Below are positions 10,064 through 21,148 of a stretch of DNA of 64,000 nt, piece after piece; the first letter of the stretch is position 1, and each line of letters opens with the position of its first letter. A program made the translations under genes and the position numbers. The notes below the pieces were generated by a model, which worked only from the letters and a program-made list of their open reading frames with translations, did not search any database and was not told where the DNA came from. This stretch comes from a phage, in assembly GCA_022901335.1 (NCBI GenBank), contig GCA_022901335.1_3641.1. The stretch is one strand, 5' to 3'.

Positions 10064-13000
10064 TGCCAATTGCAATGATTGATAACATCGTTGCTTCTGC
10101 AAGATCTTCAAGTTATGACTGGAACGCATCCAAGGCAGCTCTGGCTGACAGCCTGAACACTGTTACCACCAGAACTCTGGATAAGATTTTTGAGGGCAAC
10201 AAATCTTACAGAAGTCAGCAAGATAGACAAAAGCTTCTCAGATCTTCTGCTGCACCCTGCTCTGTAGTGTATGGGAAGACACGTACGTCTGGACTGCTTG
10301 CGTTTTTGGAGCAGGATAGCGACAGAACCCTCCATTGTGCTATTGTTCTTGCCAATCACCCTCTGGAGGGTATAGAAGATATACTTATCGACGGTAATCC
10401 TATTTCCTCGTATGGAGATCTGGTATCGTGGGAGCTACATAACGACAGAAAAACATCTGATCCTTTCATGGGTACACACTGCCCATCATGGTCACCTGAC
10501 ATGATAGGTAGAGGGATTAGTTGGCTACGTGCCAGTTTCAAGTTTGACCCTAACAAGTTTCCTTTTGGGTTGCCAAACGTTACACTCGTTAAGGTTGGTA
10601 AAAAATGCTATGATCCTCGTATCAGTAAAGAGGTGTACACCAATAACGCAGCCTTGGTGATCCTAGACTATTTAAGAACGTACCTTAAATGTCCTGACGA
10701 AACCATCAACTGGGAGTCCTTTAAGGAGGCCGCCAACATATGCGACGAGGCGGTAAAAAACGCTGACGGAACCAGTGAGCGACGTTACACCATTAACGGT
10801 GAGTTTGACATGGATGAGGCCCCAGCAAGCATTATGGCAGAAATGCTGAAAGCTTGTGGTGCAGATCTCAGCTATGTAGCTGGTAAGTATGGTTTGCTGG
10901 TTGGTGCATACTATGGCCCGGCAACAATGACACTGAGTGAGGATTGTGTCTGCGGTGAGGTCAAGATCTATCCGGAAGCCTCATTTGACAAAAGATCCAA
11001 CACAATAACTGGCAGATTCACCAGTCCTACCAAAGGGTATTCTGAAACAGATTTTCCATCAGTGTTTGTCCCAGAGTGGGTAGAGAAGGATGGAGAAAGA
11101 AAGATAATCGATATAGACTATCGCTTTGTTACCAGTCCTTATCAAGCTCAGCGTGTTTCTGCAATCTTCCTAAGACGTGCCAGAGCTGGCAGGATTATTG
11201 AAGTCACCTGCAATATGCGAGGTTTCAAATTTAAACCTGGTCGTTACGTTACAATGGACCTCCCAAGTATTGGTATAGTGGGCCAAGAAATGAGAGTTCT
11301 TGAATGGGAGTTTACCAAAAAGGGTGGTGTCAAGGTAAAACTTCGTCAAGATGCTAAAGAGTGGAATGATGCCACAGGACAACTTCCGGATTCTGGCGAT
11401 GTAGATATTCCAATATCTCCATCTGGTGTAGCTCAACCGCAAAACTTCAGATATTCCGTTCTCCAAGCTGGAGAAGTAACTCACGGTGTTTTGGCTTGGG
11501 ACAACGTTGGGACCTACGCTCAAAATATTGTGCAGGTAAGAAAGAACGGAGAGATTGTTTGGACAGCACAAACAGTTGAGCAGTTTGTCCGAGTAGAAGG
11601 CTTGACCAAAGGGTCATACACAGCAACCGTGGTTGCAACATCTTATAAGGGTGGCGTATCTCCGGAAGCATATTGTGAGTTCAACATTCAGGCACCTGAA
11701 GCTCCGGTTTCTGTGGAGGTTAAACAGGGATACTTTGCTATTACCCTGATCCCGCACAGCAGAGACTTGGCTAGTGTAAGCACCCAGTACGACTTTTGGA
11801 CATCTGGGATGACAAGATTGCCAGATACCAGTGATGCAACCGTTACTTCAAAAGCCACTCGTATGGGTGTTGGTTCAACTTGGACATCTGAAGGTCTGCA
11901 GAACGATAAGATTTATTACTGGTATATCAGGACAACAAATGCTTTTGGTTCATCTGCTTTTGTGGAGTGTGCAGCCCACTGTTACACATCCATAGAAGAT
12001 CTTATGCCACAGATTGATGCTGAGTTCAAAAAGACAGAGACTTATAAAGAGCTTACCGCCAATCTTGATAATGCAGTCAAGGAAATGGATAAAAATGTTG
12101 GTGCAGTCAATGACCGTGTTACTAGCATTTTTGAAGAGCTTGGGGATACAATAGAGGGTGTTGTCAGAGAGACGACAGAAAAATTTACAGGGGTTAATGG
12201 AGAAATTTCTGCCCTTAACAGTAAGCTGGTAGCAGCTCAGCAATCCTTTGACGATAAACTTGCAGCAGAGTCTGGTAGGCTTGGGTCACTAATCGAGACA
12301 ACAAATAGATCAACCGTTGATCTTGTTAATCGTAAAACTCAAGCATTGAGTGAGCAAATAACTGCAACTCAAGGTACTCTGCGGGAAGAGTTGAAGAACA
12401 CTGAGAGCAAACTTAACTCCTCTATTCAAGAAACCAACAAGGCAACAACCGATCTGCTAAATAAGACAACGGAAGCTATTAAGCAGGATCTGGTGGCAGC
12501 TACAGGGAAGATCACCAAGCTGGAAGATGATGTGCAGAAAGAGGTTGCCAATCTGCAAGCATCTATTCAAGAAACTAATAGTACAACAGTTGATCTTGTT
12601 AATAATACAGCCACAGCGATCCGTCAAGAACTTACCTCTGCAAAACAAGAAATTGTTGACGAAATGGGTAATATTGATGAGCTCAGGGCTACAGTATCTA
12701 ATACCTCTAAAGCTGTAACAACACTTGAGGGTAAAATAGATGCTCAGTGGGGAGCTAAGATTCAGGTAGACTCCGCAGGGAATAAATATGTTGCAGGTAT
12801 CCAGCTGGGGATGGAAGGGTCTGGAGGCCAAGTTCAATCCTACTTCATGGTTAGTGCAAACAATTTTGCGGTATACAACCCTGGAAATGGAACAGCAACC
12901 CTTGCTTTCGCAATCAAGAACAACCAAGCGTTCTTGAAAGACGCTTTTATAGAGAATGGCACGATCTCCTCTGCCAAGATCGCACAAGAAATTTCGTCAA

Positions 13001-13662
13001 ACAACTACGATGGTAACGGGTACCATCAATACGGTTGGTATATTAACAAGAACGGGCACGCCCAATTTATGGATGTGTGGGTGAAAGGCAACATCAACGC
13101 CAGTTCTGGTAACTTCACAGGGGCAGTTAACGCCACTAGTGGTACCTTCCGTGGGGATGTTTATGCCAATAATGGTAGCTTTAGAGGCACCATAGATGCA
13201 ACCGGAGGTACATTCCGTGGTCGTGTAGAAGCTTCTGTTATCCGTGCTAACCAGTTCGAAGGTGCAATAGTTGCACACAGGACTTACGGGGATTGTGCTC
13301 CAGTATATAACTCCCAGCAAAGGGTTTGCCGTTGGAGGTGGAGATACGTAGATAACGTTTCAGGTCAGGGTAAGAACGTAACATTCTTCTTTAAACTGAA
13401 TGGTACTCTTGCCAGCTCCCAACTGAATGCATGGATAGCTGGTCATCAGATCCTTGCTGGCAAGAAGTATTTTAACGACAACAACGGCATGTGTGCGGTA
13501 GGGATAACAGGTCTTGGTGAACAAACTATAGACATTGTTATCGAGATTTACACACCGTGGTCAACGTCGAGCGTGACAGGTGTCACAATTTCCTGTCCTA
13601 CTGTGATAGTAAGTCGTTCAAACTCTAGCTTCCAGGGACCTTGGAACGAGTCTCACGACTAA
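10063..13662 (+). CDS. central tail fibre / host specificity protein (lambda gpJ-like) with fibronectin-III-like domain
   Basis: 1199 aa; N-terminal gpJ-like region (…CYDPR…), FN3-like segment (YTATVVATSYKGGVSPEA), coiled-coil stretch, C-terminal GTF/GSF repeats. Confidence 0.55.
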   Translation: MPIAMIDNIVASARSSSYDWNASKAALADSLNTVTTRTLDKIFEGNKSYRSQQDRQKLLRSSAAPCSVVYGKTRTSGLLAFLEQDSDRTLHCAIVLANHPLEGIEDILIDGNPISSYGDLVSWELHNDRKTSDPFMGTHCPSWSPDMIGRGISWLRASFKFDPNKFPFGLPNVTLVKVGKKCYDPRISKEVYTNNAALVILDYLRTYLKCPDETINWESFKEAANICDEAVKNADGTSERRYTINGEFDMDEAPASIMAEMLKACGADLSYVAGKYGLLVGAYYGPATMTLSEDCVCGEVKIYPEASFDKRSNTITGRFTSPTKGYSETDFPSVFVPEWVEKDGERKIIDIDYRFVTSPYQAQRVSAIFLRRARAGRIIEVTCNMRGFKFKPGRYVTMDLPSIGIVGQEMRVLEWEFTKKGGVKVKLRQDAKEWNDATGQLPDSGDVDIPISPSGVAQPQNFRYSVLQAGEVTHGVLAWDNVGTYAQNIVQVRKNGEIVWTAQTVEQFVRVEGLTKGSYTATVVATSYKGGVSPEAYCEFNIQAPEAPVSVEVKQGYFAITLIPHSRDLASVSTQYDFWTSGMTRLPDTSDATVTSKATRMGVGSTWTSEGLQNDKIYYWYIRTTNAFGSSAFVECAAHCYTSIEDLMPQIDAEFKKTETYKELTANLDNAVKEMDKNVGAVNDRVTSIFEELGDTIEGVVRETTEKFTGVNGEISALNSKLVAAQQSFDDKLAAESGRLGSLIETTNRSTVDLVNRKTQALSEQITATQGTLREELKNTESKLNSSIQETNKATTDLLNKTTEAIKQDLVAATGKITKLEDDVQKEVANLQASIQETNSTTVDLVNNTATAIRQELTSAKQEIVDEMGNIDELRATVSNTSKAVTTLEGKIDAQWGAKIQVDSAGNKYVAGIQLGMEGSGGQVQSYFMVSANNFAVYNPGNGTATLAFAIKNNQAFLKDAFIENGTISSAKIAQEISSNNYDGNGYHQYGWYINKNGHAQFMDVWVKGNINASSGNFTGAVNATSGTFRGDVYANNGSFRGTIDATGGTFRGRVEASVIRANQFEGAIVAHRTYGDCAPVYNSQQRVCRWRWRYVDNVSGQGKNVTFFFKLNGTLASSQLNAWIAGHQILAGKKYFNDNNGMCAVGITGLGEQTIDIVIEIYTPWSTSSVTGVTISCPTVIVSRSNSSFQGPWNESHD

Positions 13663-13671
13663 CCTTTAAAG

Positions 13672-13698
13672 CCCCGCTTCGGCGGGGTTTATTTTTAT
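13672..13698 (+). terminator. rho-independent terminator (CCCCGC-TTCG-GCGGGG + T-run)
   Basis: perfect 6-bp GC stem, TTCG loop, TTTATTTTTAT. Confidence 0.6.
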
Positions 13699-13705
13699 GC
13701 TCAGA

Positions 13706-13734
13706 TTGACTATTGTTACAAAATTTGGTAAAAT
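13706..13734 (+). promoter_or_regulatory. sigma70-like promoter TTGACT-N17-TAAAAT
   Basis: hexamers with 17-bp spacer upstream of GTG-initiated baseplate gene. Confidence 0.5.
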
Positions 13735-13767
13735 ACCTTGTAGAGATTTTCATACCGGAGGAGTGAC

Positions 13768-15258
13768 GTGGCTAAGTATGGATTGACAGAGGCTGGTTTC
13801 GTTATACCAACCCTAAATGACCTAATCGTTGAAACTAAGCAAAGCCTGATCCGTGCTTTTGGCGAAAACTTCAACGTACAGAGTAACTCCGTTGCAGATA
13901 AGCTGACCACTATCTTCAACGAGCGAGAGTATCAACTTATTCTTATGGCAGCATCTGTATACGCATCACAGACGCTGTATGGGGCAGAAGGTATTTACCT
14001 GGATGAGCTTCTTGGAAGACAGGGTATTTACCGAAGAGGCCGTTCTAAATCATCAGGTACCTGCCAGTTGACAATCAACACAACTGTGCCGTACAATATG
14101 ATTTATGATTCCAAAACTTATACGCTGGACAGTGGCAACTTTGTTCTTAGCAATGATGTGCAGGTGGCAGGGAATCTTATTGCCCACAGAATAAATGCTC
14201 CAGACCTAAGGATTGGTAAATACAACTTTCAAATTACCAACCAGACAGATGGAAGTATCAAAACAAAAAGTCTGGTTTTAACAGATAAGGCTCTAGACTC
14301 TTCTGATCTGCCAAGCTTTTACGGAGAGATTAAGCAATTCATTGTCGATAATACAACCCTGTTGAACGACGATTTGATTCAGATCGATATGTTGACAGGA
14401 ACGTTGTGGATAGGGTACAATTCGAATCTTGATCAAGTTGGACTTAACAGCAGAGTAGATTTCAGAGTATCCCCGATTGTAGGGGAAAGAACTATCACAC
14501 TGGATGTTATCGCTAACGAGGCTGGTGAGCTGTCAAGAGAGGCAGAAACCGTGACAACAATGTCACCTACTCCCAGTGGATTTATCAAGCTTACCAACCG
14601 AGAAAGATTCAATGAGGGCAGGGATGTTGAGAAAGACTCAGAGTATCGCTTAAGAGCTTCCAGCACAAAACAGTTAACATCTAAGGCTACCCGTCCTGCA
14701 ATCCTTAGCGCTGTAAGCGAGGTGAAAGGTGTTGAGAAAGTGAGAGTGTTCTCCAACAACACCGATAAAACTGATGCTAAAGGTATACCTCCTTACAAGT
14801 TCCAAGTGGTTGTGTTTGGTGGTGCAACGGAAGACATTTGCCAAGCACTTTACCAAACTATAGCCTGTACGAACAGGACTTATGGTAATATTTTCTACGA
14901 TGTCACTACATCTGACGGTCAAACTGAAAGAATTTATTACTCCAAGGCAAACACCTACCGCCTGGATATGAGAATTACCTACTCCGGTGCTGCGCTTTCT
15001 ACAACCGAAAAAGATGCCATTATAGAGGCTCTTTTGCAGGTTGTTAACGGACTGGATGTTGCAGATACGTTGTATAATATCCAATTGGTAGGTGCTGCAT
15101 CTGCTGCTGTGTCAATAGGCAGATTTAATAGACTGGTAATTCAAGTTAAATCCGTAGGAGCTTCTGATGAAGCTTACACTACAAACGATATTGTTGCGAA
15201 CATGACCGAGGTGTTTGACCTCGACGAAAGTAATATAACTTTCCAACAAACTATTTAA
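13768..15258 (+). CDS. baseplate J-like protein (P2 gpJ / T4 gp6 family)
   Basis: GTG start with RBS GGAGGA; N-terminal MAKYGLTEAGFVIPTL...FGENFNV...S pattern typical of Baseplate_J. Confidence 0.55.
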   Translation: MAKYGLTEAGFVIPTLNDLIVETKQSLIRAFGENFNVQSNSVADKLTTIFNEREYQLILMAASVYASQTLYGAEGIYLDELLGRQGIYRRGRSKSSGTCQLTINTTVPYNMIYDSKTYTLDSGNFVLSNDVQVAGNLIAHRINAPDLRIGKYNFQITNQTDGSIKTKSLVLTDKALDSSDLPSFYGEIKQFIVDNTTLLNDDLIQIDMLTGTLWIGYNSNLDQVGLNSRVDFRVSPIVGERTITLDVIANEAGELSREAETVTTMSPTPSGFIKLTNRERFNEGRDVEKDSEYRLRASSTKQLTSKATRPAILSAVSEVKGVEKVRVFSNNTDKTDAKGIPPYKFQVVVFGGATEDICQALYQTIACTNRTYGNIFYDVTTSDGQTERIYYSKANTYRLDMRITYSGAALSTTEKDAIIEALLQVVNGLDVADTLYNIQLVGAASAAVSIGRFNRLVIQVKSVGASDEAYTTNDIVANMTEVFDLDESNITFQQTI

Positions 15259-15269
15259 GGCGGCGAGAT

Positions 15270-15956
15270 ATGGCAGAGATTAAGTCGGATGTTAACCACA
15301 TCCACGCTCTGCCAGATTTTGTTCAGGGAGGTCTTGACTACCTACCTGGAGATTTTCTGGCTGAGAAGGTTAATTTAGTCACATTCTTAACCGTATACCT
15401 TAAAAGGTTGGAGGATGTTGATAAGATGCTGGTAGGTTTGGCTGAAGGAAGATTGCTTAACAATGCCAGCGGAAGATACCTTGACGAAGTTGGTAATCAA
15501 CTTGGTATTCTTAGGAATGGACTTTCAGATGCTGATTTTCGTGCCACACTAATTATTCAGCAGGCCGCAGCATCAAGGGGCGGGACTCGCGAAGATGTCA
15601 TCTCCACCTTGCGACAATTGTTCGGAAGAGACAATTTCGATACGTGGAAAGGAGACAACTTCAGGTTTGACATAAATATTAGAAAAACTTGCTTTGACAT
15701 ATTGCAGTCTATCGATCAGATCTTAGATATGCTACCATTACCTTGTCATTTGCGTCTTACAGAATCGCAAGGGCAAGCTTTTGGTTTTGAAGGGGACTCT
15801 ACAGCTCTTGGCTTCGGATCAGTGTGGGAAGAAAGCCAATTCGGAGTTGGTGGGCTGGCTACTTTGCTATATGTTCCTGACGTAAGACCTGATTGGGACA
15901 CCACAACCATTTATTGTGAAAGTATTACAGTAAACGCAACTAGACAGGAGGGTTAA
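15270..15956 (+). CDS. baseplate protein (P2 gpI / DUF2612-like)
   Basis: follows J-like gene; LDEVGNQLGILRNGLSDADFR motif resembles gpI-type baseplate proteins. Confidence 0.4.
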   Translation: MAEIKSDVNHIHALPDFVQGGLDYLPGDFLAEKVNLVTFLTVYLKRLEDVDKMLVGLAEGRLLNNASGRYLDEVGNQLGILRNGLSDADFRATLIIQQAAASRGGTREDVISTLRQLFGRDNFDTWKGDNFRFDINIRKTCFDILQSIDQILDMLPLPCHLRLTESQGQAFGFEGDSTALGFGSVWEESQFGVGGLATLLYVPDVRPDWDTTTIYCESITVNATRQEG

Positions 15957-18028
15957 TGGCAACAGCTGTTTTTAAACCTTACCGTGATTACTCTACAATG
16001 GCTGCACAGTTTCATTACCGAACAGTTCAGGATACTGCCGTTCCTGGTAGGGATTATAATCATGTTGAGGGCGATGTAACTATCCCAATTGGGGCAACCA
16101 GTATTGAGATCCCCGTGGAAATTGTTGACAAATTACCCAACAGGTTGCCAAGAAGCTTCTTTATGGAGTTTTCATCAAAATCTCAAGGGGTGATGATTGG
16201 AACACAAAGGGCGAAATGTACAATAGTTTCAGATGAGAATCTTGACAGGATATCTTGGGATACTGTTGAGGAGAGAATGTTTCACCCAAGGTATTGGGTT
16301 ACAACTACTCAGCAGACTGAAAGTACCTGTATTGTTGCAGATAACAACTGTTGTATTAACCGTTTAGTGTCAAGAACATATGGAGGTATGGCTGGGTGCA
16401 TTTGGGAAACAGTTGACAAGTATGACCATTTCGGTATTGGGTTTGATGATCACTATGAGATGAGAAACACCAAGCTTTGGTTCAGAATGTCAATAACCAA
16501 TGCCAGCAACTTCTCCACCCCTGAAAAGATGATTATGACTGTAGACCTTGTTGATGGCACAATCATCTATGTTCCTTTAGCTCAATATGCTGTCAGCATC
16601 TCAGAGGATAAGAATGTTGCAGAGATTCATATTGATTTCGAGGACTGCGTCGGGATGGATCAGAACAACAACATGATGGGTGTTGATCCTCGACAGGTGA
16701 GAAGGATTTTAATACCGCTTATGCCTAAAGACTGGGTAAGTAATAGCACAGACCCGAGAACGGAAAATGTAGAGTGTGAGTTGCGCCTAGATCTGCTCCA
16801 GCCAGACACAGGCTGGAAAATGATGCAACTTAACAATATTCAGGTTAAAGAGCACGACGTTGGGATCTGCACCGCATATGACGATATGTGGAACGTATCT
16901 CCTTTAAGGGTGTTGAACAATATCAAGCGTCTGGGCTATACCGGAACCATAAACCATTATGTTGGTATGAGTCATTATTATGACTACACATGGTCAGGAA
17001 CCCAATGGTCTATAAACAGAACAGGGGCGCTAAACGCTGCAGCTTATAAATGGCATGATGATTTTATGTACAATGCCAAACGACATAACTTCGACGTTAT
17101 GCAATCTGTAAGTTTTGAGCTTTTCAGCGATGCCTGCCCGTTGGAATGGACCCAAAGAGACTGGAACGATAACTACGCTAAAACAGGGTATACACCTTGT
17201 AGCTACCTCCTGTCTCCAACCATTGAAGAGGGTATGAATTTCCTTACTGCAGTATTTAAGAATTTTGCATCAGCCGCTATGAGAAACAACCTGCCAGTGA
17301 TTATGCAGGTTGGTGAACCGTGGTGGTGGTACAATACCGATACTCGTAGACCTTGTATTTATGATTACCCTACAAAGCAGGCGTTTTATGATGAGACAGG
17401 TGAGTATGCATTAGATATTGGGACTATTGACGATCCTAAAACTGGCGGTGTTTACGACAAGTATGTAGCATTTTGTCGTGGTAAGCTTGGCGCTCGTATT
17501 GCGGCTATTTCAAAGGCAATAAAGGCACACGCTGCATCAGCTCAGATGACAGCTTTGCTGTTTTTCCCAACCATCATGGAAACCGAGCTTACGCAAAAGC
17601 TGAACCTTGCTGACCAATATAAAAAGGAAGCAGGTGCTCTTGATTTCTTCTGCACCGAGTGCTACGATTGGGTGATGCAGGGGGGTATTGAAAAGGCAAA
17701 AGAGTCTGTAAACATACCTATCGTTAAGTTAGGTTGGCAACCGTCTGAAATACAATACCTTGCAGGGTTCGTTCCTAGTAAAGAGCTTGCTCCGGTATAT
17801 GGATACGACCCAACTAGGAATTACCAAGAATTTTTATGGAGATGTATTTGCGGAAACATGGCAACTATAGAGTATAGATACCCTGAGGTAAAACAGTATG
17901 TGTGGGCATACCCGCAAGTAATGTCTGACAGCATCACTGTTACCGCTAGAGATTCTACCGTGCTTCATATGGGGCAGGTTGCTCTGAAAGGGTATGTAGA
18001 AGATGTTGTCCCGCCAGACTTCTCATAA
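15956..18028 (+). CDS. structural protein with Calx-beta-like N-terminal domain, possible glycanase
   Basis: AVPGRDYNHVEGDVTIPIGATSIEIPVEIVD resembles a Calx-beta motif; rest unassigned. Confidence 0.4.
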   Translation: MATAVFKPYRDYSTMAAQFHYRTVQDTAVPGRDYNHVEGDVTIPIGATSIEIPVEIVDKLPNRLPRSFFMEFSSKSQGVMIGTQRAKCTIVSDENLDRISWDTVEERMFHPRYWVTTTQQTESTCIVADNNCCINRLVSRTYGGMAGCIWETVDKYDHFGIGFDDHYEMRNTKLWFRMSITNASNFSTPEKMIMTVDLVDGTIIYVPLAQYAVSISEDKNVAEIHIDFEDCVGMDQNNNMMGVDPRQVRRILIPLMPKDWVSNSTDPRTENVECELRLDLLQPDTGWKMMQLNNIQVKEHDVGICTAYDDMWNVSPLRVLNNIKRLGYTGTINHYVGMSHYYDYTWSGTQWSINRTGALNAAAYKWHDDFMYNAKRHNFDVMQSVSFELFSDACPLEWTQRDWNDNYAKTGYTPCSYLLSPTIEEGMNFLTAVFKNFASAAMRNNLPVIMQVGEPWWWYNTDTRRPCIYDYPTKQAFYDETGEYALDIGTIDDPKTGGVYDKYVAFCRGKLGARIAAISKAIKAHAASAQMTALLFFPTIMETELTQKLNLADQYKKEAGALDFFCTECYDWVMQGGIEKAKESVNIPIVKLGWQPSEIQYLAGFVPSKELAPVYGYDPTRNYQEFLWRCICGNMATIEYRYPEVKQYVWAYPQVMSDSITVTARDSTVLHMGQVALKGYVEDVVPPDFS

Positions 18029-18040
18029 TCAGGAGATAAA

Positions 18041-19081
18041 ATGTCAAAACCTAGTTTTCCATTAGAGATTTGGGCAGAGGAGGATCAGGTTCTGCCTAAC
18101 ACCCACAGACAGAACAGGCTACGCCCGATTGATGATTTGTGGAGAAAAGGTTGGGATCTTGGTCAAAAGCCCTCATGTGAAGAACTTAACTATATTTTCA
18201 ATATGCTTGGAACTTGGGCAAAATATATTGCTGACGAGCAGATCCCCGCTCAAGAAGGCCGTTATCTGGTACGTGATAATAACCTGAGTGATCTTTTGAA
18301 CATTCCTGTTGCCCGTAGAAACCTTGGGATTATTACTAAGGAAGAGGCAGATGCCAGGTATGTAAAAGTTACAGGTGATACAATGACAGGCCCATTGGGT
18401 TTGCAACGTATCAACTTTAAAGCTGCCGAGACAGATAAGGCTTGGATAGAGACAACTATTGGCCCAGATAAGACAACTCTCGACTTCGGGTTAAGTGATA
18501 ATATTGGGTCGTTTGATGATGGTAGTACATCTACAGTAGATGCGTTTCGTTGGAGATTCCAGCCAACTCAGCCGGATATTAATCCAGAGTTCACTTTGAT
18601 GTACCTTAACGCGATCACGGCTAACCGTGCGCTGTTGAAAGTGGTCGGCAATGTTGAAGTTGTCGATAACATGAGGTGCAATAACCTTACTATCAGCAAT
18701 ACAGCAACATTCACCAACTGCAATGTAGCTAGTCAGTTGACGGCTGGGTCAGTATATGTCAATGGCGGTGCAAGTTGTGACAGTATGGTTGTAAGAAGTC
18801 AGCACTGTGTTGTCGGTAACAGAAATGTGGTGCGATCTGTGAATGGAGTGACGGCTAACGGTAACGGTGATGTAACAATCACTATCCCGCAGACAGGTGT
18901 GCAAGACATCAGAATCGGTGCAAGACTTGTTGACGGCGTTTCTGAATCTCCAATTCGCAACGGCTACGTTGTCACAGGCTGGCATTTCGGTGACAAAAAA
19001 GAGATGCGTGGTTCAACCTACTGGGCAGGACCTTTACAAAAACTTGTAAACGGTCAATGGATCACTGTTAATTATGCATAG
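18041..19081 (+). CDS. tail fibre protein (paralog A)
   Basis: RBS AGGAG; paralogous to 20096..21139 (shared N-terminus and C-terminal QKLVNGQWIT motif). Confidence 0.55.
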   Translation: MSKPSFPLEIWAEEDQVLPNTHRQNRLRPIDDLWRKGWDLGQKPSCEELNYIFNMLGTWAKYIADEQIPAQEGRYLVRDNNLSDLLNIPVARRNLGIITKEEADARYVKVTGDTMTGPLGLQRINFKAAETDKAWIETTIGPDKTTLDFGLSDNIGSFDDGSTSTVDAFRWRFQPTQPDINPEFTLMYLNAITANRALLKVVGNVEVVDNMRCNNLTISNTATFTNCNVASQLTAGSVYVNGGASCDSMVVRSQHCVVGNRNVVRSVNGVTANGNGDVTITIPQTGVQDIRIGARLVDGVSESPIRNGYVVTGWHFGDKKEMRGSTYWAGPLQKLVNGQWITVNYA

Positions 19082-19095
19082 ATCGGAGGACTAGC

Positions 19096-19680
19096 ATGAA
19101 AATACTTCAAGAGTTTAAACTTTACCAACCGGGATCTGGCGAATACCACGCCAACAAGGGTACCAAGGAGCTGACCCCTCAAGAGGTTGAGGATTACACC
19201 GCATACACTGGGTATTTTTTACGTAATGATGATGGCGATTGGTATGTGCAGTCACGAACATTGCGACAAGAAAATCCGGGTTGTATCTTCCTACTTGTTG
19301 ACGAGAAGGGAATTCTTAAGACATCTACAGAAGAACCTGATGCCTTATGGCCTGCTCCAGGTCTTCGTGTGGTTATCGCCAAAAAAGAAGAGGTACCAGA
19401 AAACATTATGCTTCACCACGACGCTTTGCGTTTAGTTGGTGATGAATTTGTCACAGATAATGAATTCTTTGTTCAACAGGCAGAGGGTGTCATCGAGACA
19501 GAACTTGCTTGGGCTACTGCTAGAATTGGTGCCTATCAAGACATGATTGACCTTGAATATGATCTTACTGATGACCAGAAACGTAACATCAGAGATTTGA
19601 AAATGTACAGGGTAAAACTTCTTGAAATAGATACATCTAAAGCCCCTGACATTTTCTTCCCGGAGCGACCTACCCTCTAA
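19096..19680 (+). CDS. tail fibre assembly chaperone (Tfa / Caudo_TAP family)
   Basis: C-terminal YRVKLLEIDTSKAPDIFFPERP matches the tail assembly chaperone signature. Confidence 0.7.
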   Translation: MKILQEFKLYQPGSGEYHANKGTKELTPQEVEDYTAYTGYFLRNDDGDWYVQSRTLRQENPGCIFLLVDEKGILKTSTEEPDALWPAPGLRVVIAKKEEVPENIMLHHDALRLVGDEFVTDNEFFVQQAEGVIETELAWATARIGAYQDMIDLEYDLTDDQKRNIRDLKMYRVKLLEIDTSKAPDIFFPERPTL

Positions 19681-19691
19681 GAGGAGGTGTT

Positions 19692-20006
19692 GTGGAGTTG
19701 GATTTGGCGGCATTGTACGGTATCTGTATGGGTACCGTTGTCCCGATCTGTGTATGGGCTTTCAACCAGTGGCACACCAAATGGAAAGGCATTTCCCAGA
19801 GGTTGGATGAACTGGAGAAAGACCTCATCTTAGTGAAAAACAGTATGGTTACAAAAGATAGACTTGATTCCGTTATCGAGACCCGGTTAAGCAAGCTAGA
19901 GGCAGATATTAACGACCTTAAGCAGGATGTTAGGACAGATGTTTCCGGTATCCGAGCTGATGTACAAAAGATCTTGCACATGCTTGTAGAGCATAGTAAA
20001 AGGTAA
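19692..20006 (+). CDS. small membrane protein with coiled-coil, possible holin-like
   Basis: GTG start with RBS GAGGAGG; one hydrophobic helix then coiled-coil; directly after Tfa as holin t follows gene 38 in T4. Confidence 0.35.
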   Translation: MELDLAALYGICMGTVVPICVWAFNQWHTKWKGISQRLDELEKDLILVKNSMVTKDRLDSVIETRLSKLEADINDLKQDVRTDVSGIRADVQKILHMLVEHSKR

Positions 20007-20014
20007 ACAAAGGT

Positions 20015-20048
20015 CAGAACGGAAAGGACTCCGTTCTTGCATTTTGTT
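20015..20048 (+). terminator. rho-independent terminator (AGAACGG/CCGTTCT hairpin + T-run)
   Basis: 7-bp stem, 8-nt loop, TTTTGTT; overlaps the -35 of the next promoter. Confidence 0.5.
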
Positions 20049-20065
20049 CTCTAAAGTGTTAAAAT
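20037..20065 (+). promoter_or_regulatory. sigma70-like promoter TTGCAT-N17-TAAAAT
   Basis: hexamers with 17-bp spacer upstream of fibre paralog B. Confidence 0.45.
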
Positions 20066-20095
20066 AGTCCTAAGGAATTTTCTCAGGAGAACGTG

Positions 20096-21139
20096 ATGAC
20101 TAAACCAGTTATCCCTCTTGATATTTGGGCCAATCAGGATGTTGTGCTTGAAAATACGGGAGAGTTGAATAAGTCTCAACCAAAAAAAGAAGAGAGATTG
20201 AAAGGTTGGGATATGACACAAAGAATGGCATGTGAAGTTGTTAACTTTGAACTTCACATGCTTTCTGCGTGGTTAAAGCATTTAACAGAAGATGTTGTCC
20301 CAGGATGGGATAATAGATTCTTAAGGGTCACTAATAATCTGGCAGACGTTCCAGACAAAGCTGCTGCACGTCAAGTTCTCAATGTATACTCGCCTGAAGA
20401 AATGGACGATCTATATGTTGACAAGTCTGGAGACATAATGACTCAGACTCAAACTTTAGGTCTTCAAAGAATCGAGTTTGCATCTGCGTCAACAGACAAT
20501 GCGGCAATATATACCACCATAACTCCAGACAAGACGACAATGGATTTCTGGATTATGGACAACATCGGTGGTGCTGACGGCACAGATCTTGATGATCCTT
20601 CTCACCAAATAGACGGGTTCCGTTGGAGATTTCAACCTTCTGGTGGGCAGCCTGTGTTTTCGGCTATGAAGCTCAATGCTATAACTGCCAACCGTGCAAG
20701 ACTGGCTATCCAAGGAAATCTTGAATGCAATGATGCAAAAAGCTCCTCTGCAAATGCTAATGCGGTAACGATACCTAGAGCCACTGTTAATGGACAACAA
20801 TCCTGCGGAAGCGCTCAAATAGGTGGAAGAGTTGATTGTAACGATGAAACAGTCAGGGGTCAATATGCAACAGTTGGTGGAAGAAACGTGGTCCGCAGGG
20901 TAAATGGTAGTAGCGCAGACAGTAGTGGTAACCTTACTATTCCTATGCCTAGTAGGGGTGTTGAAGATGTAAGGATAGCAAACCGTTTCAGAACCACCTA
21001 CAGAGAATCAAGAGTGTACCCTGGGCATGTAATGTGCTCCGGCAATTACGCCTATAAACACCCGTATCAGGGCGACTATTGGACTGGAGCTATTCAAAAA
21101 TTTGTAAACGGTCAATGGATCACCATATCTTATGCTTAA
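20096..21139 (+). CDS. tail fibre protein (paralog B)
   Basis: ATG 20096 after RBS AGGAGA; paralog of 18041..19081. Confidence 0.55.
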   Translation: MTKPVIPLDIWANQDVVLENTGELNKSQPKKEERLKGWDMTQRMACEVVNFELHMLSAWLKHLTEDVVPGWDNRFLRVTNNLADVPDKAAARQVLNVYSPEEMDDLYVDKSGDIMTQTQTLGLQRIEFASASTDNAAIYTTITPDKTTMDFWIMDNIGGADGTDLDDPSHQIDGFRWRFQPSGGQPVFSAMKLNAITANRARLAIQGNLECNDAKSSSANANAVTIPRATVNGQQSCGSAQIGGRVDCNDETVRGQYATVGGRNVVRRVNGSSADSSGNLTIPMPSRGVEDVRIANRFRTTYRESRVYPGHVMCSGNYAYKHPYQGDYWTGAIQKFVNGQWITISYA

Positions 21140-21148
21140 AGAGGGTAA